The notes under the pieces: model-generated
What the model was told of the DNA's origin: nothing
The model's input: the letters and a program-made list of their open reading frames with translations, nothing else
Databases searched by the model: none
Made by a program: the position numbers and the translations under genes
In this document: positions 30,980-40,909 of the stretch, in pieces
Position numbering within the stretch: position 1 is the first letter of the stretch
How the letters are laid out: the number at the start of each line of letters is the position of its first letter
Virus record (IMG/VR): IMGVR_UViG_3300045999_007505
Source of the DNA: a virus
Strand: one strand, 5' to 3'
DNA: 64,000 nucleotides

Positions 30980-32005
30980 TTATTCTAAAATTAATTGAGT
31001 ATTTTTACAATATTCAAAATTTAAATTGGTCAATGCTAATTCTTTTGCTTTTGCCTCAACCATAACATCGAGATCAGCTACACCATACGTGTCTGGAAGC
31101 CGTGTAATATAATCGGCATGAGCCTGCTCCTTGATCTTGGTAAACTCCTTGTATTGTTTGTGAAAGGTAGGCCAATTGGGCAAGTCGGCAATGTCAATAC
31201 CATGATGTTCAAACATACGCTCAATAAGAATCTGTGCTTCGCGTCGACGGGACTCGCTGTAATGGGTACATTGAGTAACACCATGACGCTGCCAAGTCTC
31301 ACGAGCCATAAAGAATGCTTCTTGTTCAGTCAAGTCGCCGGTATTGAAAGTGTGATGCCAATAATCAAATGTAATCGGTATAGCAATCTCGGCATGTAAC
31401 ATTTCATACAACTCGCGCACCGAATACATAGATGCCTTATCATCATTCTCAATAACTAAACGTGACTTGCAAGAATCTGATAAACGATCATAGTTATGCA
31501 ACCACCGTGCAATAGTACCAGGCTTATCATTATAAGTAGCACCAACGTGAATATTGATCTTGTTCTCAAAGCTAGGTGCAAAGCCCATCATATCAAAGAG
31601 CTCGGAATGTCGTTCGAGACCAATAATAGAATTATCAACAACTACAGCATCGGGACTACCAAGAATATGAAATGGACCAGGATGCGTTGTAATGCGGTGG
31701 CCATGTGCACGTGCATAATCACCTGCGGCACGAAGATGTTGAGCAATAAGATCGATGTCGGGCAAATCTTCAAGACGATAATGATTCCAACGCGGAAACA
31801 ACTCGGAGCCTAAACGAAACAATCGTATACCATGGGCTTCATTCCATTGCAGAATAGTTAATAAATCACGGGCATTGGCAAGTGCAATATCAGATGCAAG
31901 CCGTAAGCCACCTAGTTTAAATTTGCGATCAATCATGGCACGTCCGGTACGAATACCTTGGGCGGATAACTCCATGTTGATACAAGCATAACCGAAACGA
32001 ATCAT
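30980..32005 (-). CDS. uvsE: UV-damage endonuclease UvsE
   Basis: RFGYAC, FRLGSELFP, HPG, IHVG, IENDD, FDYWHH, HYSES, AHADY, EAKAKE. Confidence 0.95.
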   Translation of the reverse strand: MIRFGYACINMELSAQGIRTGRAMIDRKFKLGGLRLASDIALANARDLLTILQWNEAHGIRLFRLGSELFPRWNHYRLEDLPDIDLIAQHLRAAGDYARAHGHRITTHPGPFHILGSPDAVVVDNSIIGLERHSELFDMMGFAPSFENKINIHVGATYNDKPGTIARWLHNYDRLSDSCKSRLVIENDDKASMYSVRELYEMLHAEIAIPITFDYWHHTFNTGDLTEQEAFFMARETWQRHGVTQCTHYSESRRREAQILIERMFEHHGIDIADLPNWPTFHKQYKEFTKIKEQAHADYITRLPDTYGVADLDVMVEAKAKELALTNLNFEYCKNTQLILE

Positions 32006-32129
32006 ATATGTTTTATTTTATATTATGTAAAAAAAGTGAAAAATCCAAATAACATTATTTTTTTTGCGCGATATTTATTATCGTAACATTGAACATATTT
32101 ATTATAAATCATAAAGGAACATAACCAAA

Positions 32130-32702
32130 ATGAAAAATTTACTTTCAGAAAACATGCTACGGTTTGGAACCAAAAATTTATCTGAATCAGCACAAAGAGA
32201 ATTAACTCTTAAATCAATCATGGAAACCATTAATGAACATGGTTTACATAATGAAGTTAGACGACATTTAATGGAACAAGGAAAACCTGATCCTAATTAT
32301 TTAGGTTATGCAAAGAAAATTGCAGGTCAGCTAATGACTGCATTAGGTGGTGCTGATGATGAGGATGGCGTTTTAGCTGCATTAAAATCAATAAAAACAT
32401 ATGGTGGTCAACCAGTTTATGATAATTTATTACAACTAGTTAAAACATCTCCAAAAATTAAATCTCAATTTGGAAAAAATTTTAAATTAGTTTCTTCTAT
32501 GATTGCTGATGGTGGTATATCGCAAATGGATTTGGGATATGATGATGCAACTTCTTCTCCGGTAAAAAATCCTTTGCAAGGAAAAGGATTAGGTATTGAT
32601 CGGGATTATATTATCAAATTTAAGGAAATATTACAACAGTATAATCCAAATGAAGATGACTTTACTAGAGGAATGTTTCCAAGTAATTTACAAGGAAAAT
32701 AG
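32130..32702 (+). CDS. Leader-bearing protein with annexin-repeat-like segment
   Basis: Leader MKNLLSENMLRFGTKNLSE...; AKKIAGQLMTALGGADDEDGVLAAL resembles the annexin repeat; upstream ATATTTAT. Confidence 0.7.
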   Translation: MKNLLSENMLRFGTKNLSESAQRELTLKSIMETINEHGLHNEVRRHLMEQGKPDPNYLGYAKKIAGQLMTALGGADDEDGVLAALKSIKTYGGQPVYDNLLQLVKTSPKIKSQFGKNFKLVSSMIADGGISQMDLGYDDATSSPVKNPLQGKGLGIDRDYIIKFKEILQQYNPNEDDFTRGMFPSNLQGK

Positions 32703-32735
32703 TAAATTTACTAACATACAAAAACTTAAACAACA

Positions 32736-32767
32736 AATGGGATAGACATCTATCCCATTTTTTTTTT
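32736..32767. terminator. Intrinsic terminator between convergent genes
   Basis: aaatgggataga-ca-tctatcccattt inverted repeat followed by a T run. Confidence 0.8.
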
Positions 32768-32771
32768 GTTC

Positions 32772-33023
32772 TTATTTTAAAGAAATATTTTTTACTTTTA
32801 AAATTTTTACCAATAATACATTAATAAAAACTAAACTAACGATAGTACTAAATAAATAAAAATTTGAAATACCATAAGATGGAAATAAATTTGTGATATC
32901 AAATCCATTAAAAAATTGTAATTCAAATAAATTAAGATTTGATGGATTAAACAACCCAATTGTAGTTAATATTAATACGATATTAAGAATCGCTACCCCT
33001 GAAATAAACACTGATTTTTTCAT
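32772..33023 (-). CDS. Small membrane protein
   Basis: Two hydrophobic segments; own TTGGAT promoter. Confidence 0.6.
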   Translation of the reverse strand: MKKSVFISGVAILNIVLILTTIGLFNPSNLNLFELQFFNGFDITNLFPSYGISNFYLFSTIVSLVFINVLLVKILKVKNISLK

Positions 33024-33167
33024 AACTTAAATCTTTAACTGGTTAATTATATTATAATAATATGAAAACTTTTGTATGAATCCAAATATATTATTTTTTT
33101 TCTTGAATCATATTTATTATTGTTAATAAGAACATATTTATTAAAAACCATAAAGGAATACAAACAA

Positions 33168-33827
33168 ATGAAAAATTTACTTTCAGAAAACATGTTGCGA
33201 TTCGGAACCAAAAATTTATCTGAATTAGCACAACGAGAATTAATTCTTAAATCAGTAATGCAAACTATTAATGAGCATGGATTGCATGAAGATGTTACTC
33301 AACGATTAAATGAAACGATGTTGACAGAAGGCGTGCCAAATACAATATTAACAGGTCCTGCATCTATTACTATCCCTTCGAGAACGGTATGTATCAGCGG
33401 TAAAGATTATATTCAAGTAAGTTTTATAGTTGAAAACACTGGCGATGCAGACGCATATTTAACTCAGTTCCCATTTCTATCCACACCGGCATCTGCAGAT
33501 AAGATAGGATACGGAGTATTCACTTCAAATAATTACAATGTTACTATTGGTGGTAAACCATCGTGGGGCCAAGCTGACCAACAAAATGCACCTAAAATCC
33601 CTAAAGGAAAAAAAGCAACAATTAACATGACAATCTATACAGATTTGGCTCGGCCGGGAGATCAAGGTGCAGCTTTTCGTAAAAATCTTAAAGAATTAAC
33701 ATCTGCAACAATTGTAGTAAGATATAATGGAGCTACAGGTTTGAAAATTCCTGTAACATTTGGTGGGCTTACTTGGAGTAATTCTAATGCATGCGATATA
33801 GAAATTGCATTACCAAAAGGTTTCTAA
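33168..33827 (+). CDS. Leader-bearing protein with Ig-like domain
   Basis: True start probably 33168 (MKNLLSENMLRFG, paralogous to 32130); VSFIVENTG...IPKGKKATINM is Ig-like (DUF1573/CARDB-type). Confidence 0.7.
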   Translation: MKNLLSENMLRFGTKNLSELAQRELILKSVMQTINEHGLHEDVTQRLNETMLTEGVPNTILTGPASITIPSRTVCISGKDYIQVSFIVENTGDADAYLTQFPFLSTPASADKIGYGVFTSNNYNVTIGGKPSWGQADQQNAPKIPKGKKATINMTIYTDLARPGDQGAAFRKNLKELTSATIVVRYNGATGLKIPVTFGGLTWSNSNACDIEIALPKGF

Positions 33828-33850
33828 AAACATAATTGATTTTTTTCAAT

Positions 33851-33884
33851 AAAAAAAAAGCCCCATCCTAAGATGGGGTTTTTT
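33851..33884. terminator. Bidirectional intrinsic terminator
   Basis: A run - gccccatc-ctaa-gatggggt - T run. Confidence 0.85.
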
Positions 33885-33885
33885 A

Positions 33886-34311
33886 CTATTTAACTTGTTT
33901 AACTAATGTTCTATTGCCGAAAGGATCATACCAAAACAAACAAATGTTACTTAATTTGCCATCGTTTATTTTACAATAGATAGAAAACGTCGTGACATTT
34001 CCTGTATTTGTAATATATGATTCAACGATAATCTCTGTTTCTGTTTTTGATTTAATTACATCTGTAATTCTAAATTTTTCTACAAAAACACCATTTTCAT
34101 AAAAAAATAATAAATTACTATCCAAATCTACGGTATATTTTCTATCAGATACCATTGGTGTTGATGATTTACTATTTTTTAATATTGCATCTTTTTCGGA
34201 AAATCCACTTACCGTATACAAATTATAATTTTTAACATCAAACTTATATGTTTGCGATAAAGATACGATACTTACAAATACAAACAAAAAACTTACAAAT
34301 AACTTTTTCAT
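33886..34311 (-). CDS. Secreted hypothetical protein
   Basis: Signal peptide ending SLS-Q. Confidence 0.7.
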   Translation of the reverse strand: MKKLFVSFLFVFVSIVSLSQTYKFDVKNYNLYTVSGFSEKDAILKNSKSSTPMVSDRKYTVDLDSNLLFFYENGVFVEKFRITDVIKSKTETEIIVESYITNTGNVTTFSIYCKINDGKLSNICLFWYDPFGNRTLVKQVK

Positions 34312-34380
34312 AACTTAAATTTTTAACTGGTTAATTATATTACAATAATATGAAATATATATTTAATATCCAACCAGTTA

Positions 34381-34941
34381 TCAATCTTTTTTTATGAATC
34401 CATTCAAGAAATCTCGCTGACGTTGGATTGCATCGTCAAGTTCAGAATCTCCTCGTTTTTTTCTAGCTCCTGTATTATTTCCATTAGCGCTAGATTTAAC
34501 AACATCTTTTCTCGTATTGTTAGATCGGGTTGATTTGACTGCTTTAGAATCTGATGAAGATATGCGTTTGCTACTGTCAGACTTGCTTCTGCTTTCATCT
34601 TCTGTCCTTCGGGTGTCTGTAAAAAGCTCTGTATATGTGCTTGAATGTCCGGTTTGGATGCGTGTCCTGATTTCATCTTGTCCAATAGATCTTGTTTCAT
34701 CGACATCGATGCATCCTGTTGTATACGCAGTTTTATGCCCCTTGATTGAAATGCCGCACGGATACCTTGTATCATTCGATTCAACCATGTATTGAACGCC
34801 CCAACCCGTTTCTTTAGTGTGTTTAACATAACCATATTTTTTTGCACCTAACCAAGTAAAGAATACTGCATCGCCCGGTTTGAATTGTGATTTGCTAAAC
34901 TGTTTGATGATAGCATCTGGTGCTGTTTGTTTTTTTGCCAT
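34381..34941 (-). CDS. Hypothetical protein (SH3/KOW-like N-terminus, basic tail)
   Basis: FKPGDAVFF...YGYV...YMVE. Confidence 0.6.
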   Translation of the reverse strand: MAKKQTAPDAIIKQFSKSQFKPGDAVFFTWLGAKKYGYVKHTKETGWGVQYMVESNDTRYPCGISIKGHKTAYTTGCIDVDETRSIGQDEIRTRIQTGHSSTYTELFTDTRRTEDESRSKSDSSKRISSSDSKAVKSTRSNNTRKDVVKSSANGNNTGARKKRGDSELDDAIQRQRDFLNGFIKKD

Positions 34942-34946
34942 TTATT

Positions 34947-35411
34947 TTAATTAAGACACATTGAACTTGTGTAATTGATAATGCGGAATACCCGAATATA
35001 ACGAGTTGTTTTGTCTTTGCGAAACATTTTTTCCGTTGCCAAGTCTCGTTGCAACATGTATCCGGATTCGATAAATTTATCTTTTACATGTCGCAATGCT
35101 TTGAGACTATTTGATTCAATCATGATGTTTTCATCATCAATCATTACATCAACAAAATCAATATTACTATCTGCCGGTAATGCCGTTTCTTTTATGTCAA
35201 TTTCTTCGACGTGCATAGGCAATGCATTGTTATATTGTTCTAATTCATCTTTAACGTCTTTAAAGAATGCAGACAAATCCATGATACCTGTCTGCTTCGT
35301 TGTTGAATCATATGTATCAAACAACCATCTCAATTGTTCTGATACGTGCATTGTCTTGATGATTGAATATTCAGCTTTTGTTACAAATATTTTATTGAAG
35401 ATTGTTGCCAT
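34947..35411 (-). CDS. Hypothetical protein
   Basis: Likely start MATIFNK at 35411, preceded by AGGAGG. Confidence 0.6.
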   Translation of the reverse strand: MATIFNKIFVTKAEYSIIKTMHVSEQLRWLFDTYDSTTKQTGIMDLSAFFKDVKDELEQYNNALPMHVEEIDIKETALPADSNIDFVDVMIDDENIMIESNSLKALRHVKDKFIESGYMLQRDLATEKMFRKDKTTRYIRVFRIINYTSSMCLN

Positions 35412-35583
35412 GGTTCCTCCTTTTTTGTTTGATAACAAATAACCGATCAATTTCATCTGCGGGTAACTGTTTTATGATTGCAATTTTTTCTCGAGCATCT
35501 TCAATTCCTGTAGCCTTTATGCTACCAACGATTTCTTGCGATGCATCTTGTTTGAAAAAATATACCCATGTTGCGTTACGCAT
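35392..35583 (-). CDS. Hypothetical protein
   Basis: Short ORF with upstream ATATTTAT motif. Confidence 0.55.
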   Translation of the reverse strand: MRNATWVYFFKQDASQEIVGSIKATGIEDAREKIAIIKQLPADEIDRLFVIKQKRRNHGNNLQ

Positions 35584-35595
35584 GATGCAATTTTA

Positions 35596-35988
35596 TTATA
35601 AATATAATCCTAATTCATAAGCCCGCATAGCTGTTATTTCAGCTTCATGCAATGTTTCAATTAATTTTGATAATTCATGTTGGGTTAATGAATACTGATT
35701 ATTTTTAATAGAAACTGAAATTGGATAGTCTTTAGGTTGCCGCAGTATTTTAGCCTCATTATACTGTTCTTGCAACTGCTTAGGTAAAGATATCAAATCT
35801 TTGTAACGCAGTGTAATACGTTGTTTAAATAACTCTAAATGCCCCATAGAAGTGTTCATTGGATCTTCTTTAAATGTGTCATTTATTATTTGTTCATGAA
35901 ATACAAAGTCCATGTCTGCCCATGCATCTCCATATCGTTGTCTTTGTTTGTCCCCAATTGCCCATGGGTGATTAATACTGTTATACAT
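35596..35988 (-). CDS. Hypothetical protein
   Basis: Intact ORF in operon. Confidence 0.65.
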   Translation of the reverse strand: MYNSINHPWAIGDKQRQRYGDAWADMDFVFHEQIINDTFKEDPMNTSMGHLELFKQRITLRYKDLISLPKQLQEQYNEAKILRQPKDYPISVSIKNNQYSLTQHELSKLIETLHEAEITAMRAYELGLYL

Positions 35989-35993
35989 ATAAT

Positions 35994-36284
35994 TTATTTT
36001 TTTGTGTTATGAATTCTATTTGCAATTCGTTCTAAACTTTGCAATTTTTTATGTTCGGATATCATTGCCTTTAAAGGATGCGTGCGATTGATGCTTTGTT
36101 CTACTTGCACAAATTGTGATATAACGCGCCACGCTTCATCTTCAGTTTCGCAACCTGGTATCATGAATATATCATGCAAACTCACATCATCGTGCACGAT
36201 ATAGTATTCATCATCATAATCCACCATCGCAACGCATCCAGGATATCGTTTTTGTACTCGTTTTTTCAAACTTTCTATCGACAT
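35994..36284 (-). CDS. Hypothetical protein
   Basis: Intact ORF in operon. Confidence 0.6.
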   Translation of the reverse strand: MSIESLKKRVQKRYPGCVAMVDYDDEYYIVHDDVSLHDIFMIPGCETEDEAWRVISQFVQVEQSINRTHPLKAMISEHKKLQSLERIANRIHNTKK

Positions 36285-36287
36285 CGA

Positions 36288-36563
36288 TTATGCTTTAGTA
36301 ATTGGTAATAATTCATCTGCAATTAATTGTTTATACGGTATCGTCGTTTTAATTTGATCGGTATCGCACAACATGGTTGTTAATTGCTTGTTAAGATATG
36401 TTGAATGTTTTGAATTTGTAGTAATTATACAAGCTGCAGATCGATTTTCTAACAGCACATCATAAACGACTGCTTTATTAATTAAGTATCGATCTAATAC
36501 TACTCCTACATGATTTACTTCATCTCGAGTAACAATCACGGTTTGTCCTGGTCGATATGACAT
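36288..36563 (-). CDS. Hypothetical protein (SH3-like)
   Basis: YRPGQTVIV...GVV...YDVLLE. Confidence 0.6.
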   Translation of the reverse strand: MSYRPGQTVIVTRDEVNHVGVVLDRYLINKAVVYDVLLENRSAACIITTNSKHSTYLNKQLTTMLCDTDQIKTTIPYKQLIADELLPITKA

Positions 36564-36772
36564 TATTCGATAATTTTAATGATTTTACTTGCTGAAACCG
36601 ATTTAACTTCGAAATCAAATGTATAACCTTTGAAATCTTCAACTACTTTAGCTTCTGCTTCGGTAACTGAAAGTGCTTCTACAAGATACGTTTCGGTCGT
36701 TTTCTTTTCTTTCGGACCTTTCGGTGTATCAACCGTGTCAATTAATTGAACTTTTGCTGTGTAATACGACAT
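36563..36772 (-). CDS. DUF4494-like small protein
   Basis: KKTTETYLVEALSVTEAEAKV matches the Bacteroidota DUF4494 pattern. Confidence 0.75.
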   Translation of the reverse strand: MSYYTAKVQLIDTVDTPKGPKEKKTTETYLVEALSVTEAEAKVVEDFKGYTFDFEVKSVSASKIIKIIE

Positions 36773-36836
36773 TTTTTATTTTTTAAAAATTTATAACTTA
36801 TTATTAATATAATAAAATAGATTGAAATATCCAAAT

Positions 36837-37673
36837 TTATTTTTTATCTAGATATTTTTGTAAACGTTTTTGTTTTTTATGCATTTCATACGATTTAGCA
36901 ATTTGTTTATCAGTTAAATCAAAATTAATAGACAAATTATCTAAAATATCAGCAATTAAACGTTGTTTTTCACTAGCAGTTTTACGTTTTTTTGATAAAA
37001 CTGTAATTAATTGTTCTAGATGTTTAACATATTGTTTAGGTAACTGTTTAAGCATCCTAGAATCTTTAACATATACATCTGTTGTATGAGATTTTGTTTT
37101 AGATTCCATGATATTTTGCTTGTGAATCAATTGTTTTGCAAGTTTTGCAGATTCTGACAATATATCACCATATCGTACTACCCAAGCAACTTCCGGCGCT
37201 GGTGGCGGAGCTTCTCCGCCTGGGGCAGGTGCGCCAGATGCCTCCGACCCGCCTTCTACTTTTTCTTTATCTTTTGCTCCTAAACCTTTTACGTCATCAA
37301 GAGAAAGTTGCAATTCGATAGTATAGTCATCATTACGACCCCATCCGGTATATGGAACAATTTTAATAATTTTATCACGAAGTAATTTTAATAAAATTCC
37401 TGGAGTCAAATTAAAATCTTTTCCACTTCTAGCAATAAACTCTCGTACTCCAATATCAGATATTGAATATAAAATACCTAAATGTTCTGATCCATATGCA
37501 TCAAATTTTCCTAGAAATTTTTCTTCTGCTGGGGTGAATGGAGAATCTTGTGCAGATGATGCAGCTGCATCTGTTTCCAATGATGTTTTTTTAGCAGCTC
37601 CAGCCGGCGGAGCTTGTTCTAACATCATTTGTTTCAATGTATTGAAAATGATATGTTGTTGTTTTGAATTCAT
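36837..37673 (-). CDS. Hypothetical late protein
   Basis: Intact ORF; M/L/I-x-E motifs and Pro/Ala linkers. Confidence 0.7.
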   Translation of the reverse strand: MNSKQQHIIFNTLKQMMLEQAPPAGAAKKTSLETDAAASSAQDSPFTPAEEKFLGKFDAYGSEHLGILYSISDIGVREFIARSGKDFNLTPGILLKLLRDKIIKIVPYTGWGRNDDYTIELQLSLDDVKGLGAKDKEKVEGGSEASGAPAPGGEAPPPAPEVAWVVRYGDILSESAKLAKQLIHKQNIMESKTKSHTTDVYVKDSRMLKQLPKQYVKHLEQLITVLSKKRKTASEKQRLIADILDNLSINFDLTDKQIAKSYEMHKKQKRLQKYLDKK

Positions 37674-37858
37674 TCGCCTTTAGATTCTGCTAATTGAGTT
37701 GAACGATATTTACTTGCTAATTTTTTAATTTCATTGATTGATTTTCTAGCTCTTACGCCAGCAGCTTTAACGCCCTTGTCCGCAAACCGTTCGTGATTTT
37801 CTTTGAATGCCAACCAATGTTGTTCAATTTGATCAAATATTTCTTGTGATGTTGTCAT
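37670..37858 (-). CDS. Histone H1-like (Hc1-type) nucleoid protein
   Basis: KGVKAAGVRARKS...IKKLA...R matches the Hc1-like family common in Bacteroidota. Confidence 0.75.
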   Translation of the reverse strand: MTTSQEIFDQIEQHWLAFKENHERFADKGVKAAGVRARKSINEIKKLASKYRSTQLAESKGE

Positions 37859-37888
37859 GTTAACCTTTTATTTATTATAAATATCAAT

Positions 37889-38098
37889 TCAAACAAAACG
37901 ATCCATAAATGTATGTATGTTTTCATTTTGTATTTTTAATTTTCCATAATCAGATAGTTCAATAATCACATCTTCGTTTTCTTGCCATACCTGCATTATA
38001 TGATTGCGATTAACGAATCGTAATTCTGGCTGTGCTTTTTCATGTTTTCCTTGTAATTCAATTACATGTAGAGCTAAGAATTCCGTTCGTTTTTCCAT
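37889..38098 (-). CDS. Hypothetical protein
   Basis: Intact short ORF. Confidence 0.55.
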   Translation of the reverse strand: MEKRTEFLALHVIELQGKHEKAQPELRFVNRNHIMQVWQENEDVIIELSDYGKLKIQNENIHTFMDRFV

Positions 38099-38674
38099 CT
38101 AGTCACCTGTCCAACCAAAATTAAATGGATCGCTACTTGGTTTAGTTTCTCCACTGCCCATTTTTCCGGTATATGCAGTAATAGGAACAGCCATTCGTTG
38201 TGTTTCAATATTCAAATCCATCATCTTAGCAGAATTATCTCGAGCGTATTGCATTAATGCCATCTTCATGGATTCAGCATCTGTAGATGTTGAACCAATT
38301 TTCTTTGCAATAAAGTCTTGTAGTTGTTTGGTATTTTTAAATCGATTTTTATCAAATATAATTTCTAAAATACCACGAGCATATGTCGATGCACTTTTAT
38401 CTACGTCTTTAGCATAATCTGCAGTATATCGAGAAATATCAATTCGATTTGTAATAGCATCAGGAATTTGCATCCAATCTGTTTCTGCATATTCATCAGC
38501 AAAATCCGGACCCATATCATCATCTACGGTAGATAATAGTTCTTCGCGTTGCGTTACAGTTAAACGTTTCCAAATATCAGCTTCATTGTATTCTCGAAGA
38601 ATACGACGAGCGCGCGTTATTTCTTCTTTAAGAATACGCATATGGGTTGGGTTTAAATAATCAAAAATTTTCAT
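38099..38674 (-). CDS. Hypothetical late protein
   Basis: RILKEE...RILREY motifs; coupled to the upstream gene. Confidence 0.65.
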   Translation of the reverse strand: MKIFDYLNPTHMRILKEEITRARRILREYNEADIWKRLTVTQREELLSTVDDDMGPDFADEYAETDWMQIPDAITNRIDISRYTADYAKDVDKSASTYARGILEIIFDKNRFKNTKQLQDFIAKKIGSTSTDAESMKMALMQYARDNSAKMMDLNIETQRMAVPITAYTGKMGSGETKPSSDPFNFGWTGD

Positions 38675-39045
38675 GATAGATTTTCCAATTTATATATTGT
38701 TGTGTAAATTAAATCTTTAAATGTATCCAATTGATTGATAATGTTTGTATCTTCTTTTGGAATTTTTGCATATGCTCGTTCTACAAACGTTGATATGGCT
38801 TTAAAATATTTAATAGCAGAATCTGTAGTATATTCATCAAATCGTTCAGCTGGCTCATAACCTTTAACGATTCCATATTTTCCTTGATATGCTTCAACTA
38901 ATGCATCAACCATATCAGGAATTGCATCATAATATGCATTTAATGCTATATGTGCAGCATATGATCCAACACCAGTTGTTTGCCAATGAAATATGTGTGC
39001 TTGATCTCGAGATGCCATTAATGTAGAAATTAATTTTTCAAACAT
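38671..39045 (-). CDS. Ferritin/Dps-like four-helix protein (DUF5856-like)
   Basis: HIFHWQT...SYAAHIAL..YYD...D.LVE.YQGKYG...YKL. Confidence 0.8.
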   Translation of the reverse strand: MFEKLISTLMASRDQAHIFHWQTTGVGSYAAHIALNAYYDAIPDMVDALVEAYQGKYGIVKGYEPAERFDEYTTDSAIKYFKAISTFVERAYAKIPKEDTNIINQLDTFKDLIYTTIYKLENLS

Positions 39046-39064
39046 TTTTTCCTTTTTTATATAA

Positions 39065-40909
39065 TTATATTTTTTTTACTCCAACATGTATATGATTTTC
39101 ATGATCACCCTCGGGCGTACGCCAACCAAATTGATAACGATATCCATTTTTATTAATATTTATCCATTTTCCTGGTTTATATTCTGGATGTCCCATCCAA
39201 TCCATCAAATGTGCAAATAATTCGTCGCCTCGTTTATAATTTTCTTCATTTGGCGTACCAGTAGCTAAATCAACTGCATACGCATCTTCATTACCTTCCC
39301 AATGATCCGATGTATTTCCTGAATTTGTTTTTACTTTGCTTCGTTTTTGCGAAGATATAATATTTTTACCCATGAATTCTTTTGCAACTTTAGCAACTTC
39401 TAATGCTCGTCCCATCGAACCGCCCCAATCGCCATCAGTTCCACCAGTAACAACTTTTCCAGAATCAACATCGCCAATTGGAAATCCATATGTTTGTGCA
39501 GCATACGCTCCGCCGGCTGCTATAGCACCCATAACGCCAGTAACGCCACCTTTTAAAGACTTTACAGCTTTGCCCCATAATGACGTATTTTCTGTATCAT
39601 CGCTAGATTTTTCACCTTCGATATTATTAGGATCATATGAATTAGCATATTGTTCAGCGTAATCCATTCTTTTTTTACTTATGACTGATGGACGTTCAAA
39701 TTTTCTAGCAAATTGTTCTGCTGCATCTCTCGGATCCGTTGTAGATTTTAAAAATGATACTAATGTTTTAAATCTAGAAGTTAATTCATCCCATAAATAT
39801 TCCAATTGCATATCAATATCATTCACAGGTTTACCAACGGATTTTGCATGAGCAAATAATGCAGTTTTATTAGTTGCATGCCATTGCACTAAACCATATG
39901 AAGTTCCTTTATCTCCCTCTGCACCTGGATTAAAATTTGATTCAACCCGCATATTACCAACGATTCCGGCTGCACCCGCTACGGTTAAACCATTATCAAT
40001 AAAAAATTTCATGATATTTTGCCACTTACCTGGTTCTGCCTTCGGAAGATCGGATTCATCATCCGATGTTGATATTGTTGATTTCTTTTGTTTAATAATA
40101 TTCAATGCAGATAATGTTTTTGATGTAATTGTACCTGTAGCTATTAAATTAAATTTTTTCTGAAAACGCTTTAATGCTTGTTTTGTAGTACTACCTACAG
40201 TACCTGATTCAATTTCTTCTGGATTAATATGATATCCCAAATCCTCCAATTGTTTTTGTACGTTTACAATTGATGAATTTGTTTTATTTTTTATATCATC
40301 ATCTGTATCTAAAAGTTTTTCTATGTCTTGACGTTTAACATCAAATTCTTTTAATATGTATTGGAGTAAAATTTTTGCAGCTTTTGAATGACCTTGTGAA
40401 CTTAAATTAATTCCATTTTTCGCAAAATATATATCTGAGTTCATGATGCGGTCGATATCAAGTACAAAATCGGCGCTCGACTGCCGAACCCACGAATTGA
40501 TGTCATCATACATTGATTGTCTAGATTCTAACTTATCATCTTTCAACTTAGTAAATTTAAGAGTAGGTAGCGTATTTAATACAATAGGTACATTTACTTG
40601 ATTGGCTTGTTGAATTGCGATTTCTAAATTTTCAATTGTTGTGTATGAAGATACTTCTTCATGTCCATTACAATATAAAACTACTAAATTAAATGTATCA
40701 TTAACATTATATTCTAATGAATCTAATAATCGTTCTGAATTTGCATTTGTTTCAAACACCTCATCTTCAGCAACAATAATTCCAGACTTAGCTAGTTTTT
40801 TATTAAAAGCCCATGGCTCAGAAAGATCTTCATCTCCAACAAATAAAACATTGATTGTTTTATCGGTAGGCGAATCATTATCTTCTAACAACAATTTTAA
40901 ACGAATCAT
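39065..40909 (-). CDS. Multidomain peptidoglycan hydrolase (SGNH-like, PG-binding, phage tail lysozyme, M15-like peptidase)
   Basis: Start MIRLKLLLE at 40909 (ATGA overlap); VQKQLEDLGY...TKQALKRFQ PG-binding; GIVGNMRVES...YGLVQW...FERP lysozyme; SDH...AVD...HIHV LAS-type peptidase. Confidence 0.8.
   Translation of the reverse strand: MIRLKLLLEDNDSPTDKTINVLFVGDEDLSEPWAFNKKLAKSGIIVAEDEVFETNANSERLLDSLEYNVNDTFNLVVLYCNGHEEVSSYTTIENLEIAIQQANQVNVPIVLNTLPTLKFTKLKDDKLESRQSMYDDINSWVRQSSADFVLDIDRIMNSDIYFAKNGINLSSQGHSKAAKILLQYILKEFDVKRQDIEKLLDTDDDIKNKTNSSIVNVQKQLEDLGYHINPEEIESGTVGSTTKQALKRFQKKFNLIATGTITSKTLSALNIIKQKKSTISTSDDESDLPKAEPGKWQNIMKFFIDNGLTVAGAAGIVGNMRVESNFNPGAEGDKGTSYGLVQWHATNKTALFAHAKSVGKPVNDIDMQLEYLWDELTSRFKTLVSFLKSTTDPRDAAEQFARKFERPSVISKKRMDYAEQYANSYDPNNIEGEKSSDDTENTSLWGKAVKSLKGGVTGVMGAIAAGGAYAAQTYGFPIGDVDSGKVVTGGTDGDWGGSMGRALEVAKVAKEFMGKNIISSQKRSKVKTNSGNTSDHWEGNEDAYAVDLATGTPNEENYKRGDELFAHLMDWMGHPEYKPGKWININKNGYRYQFGWRTPEGDHENHIHVGVKKI

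Noticed and set aside
34404-34847. 147-aa same-strand overlapping ORF
   Set aside because: Fully nested in another frame of 34381-34941, non-ATG start, no recognisable motif.
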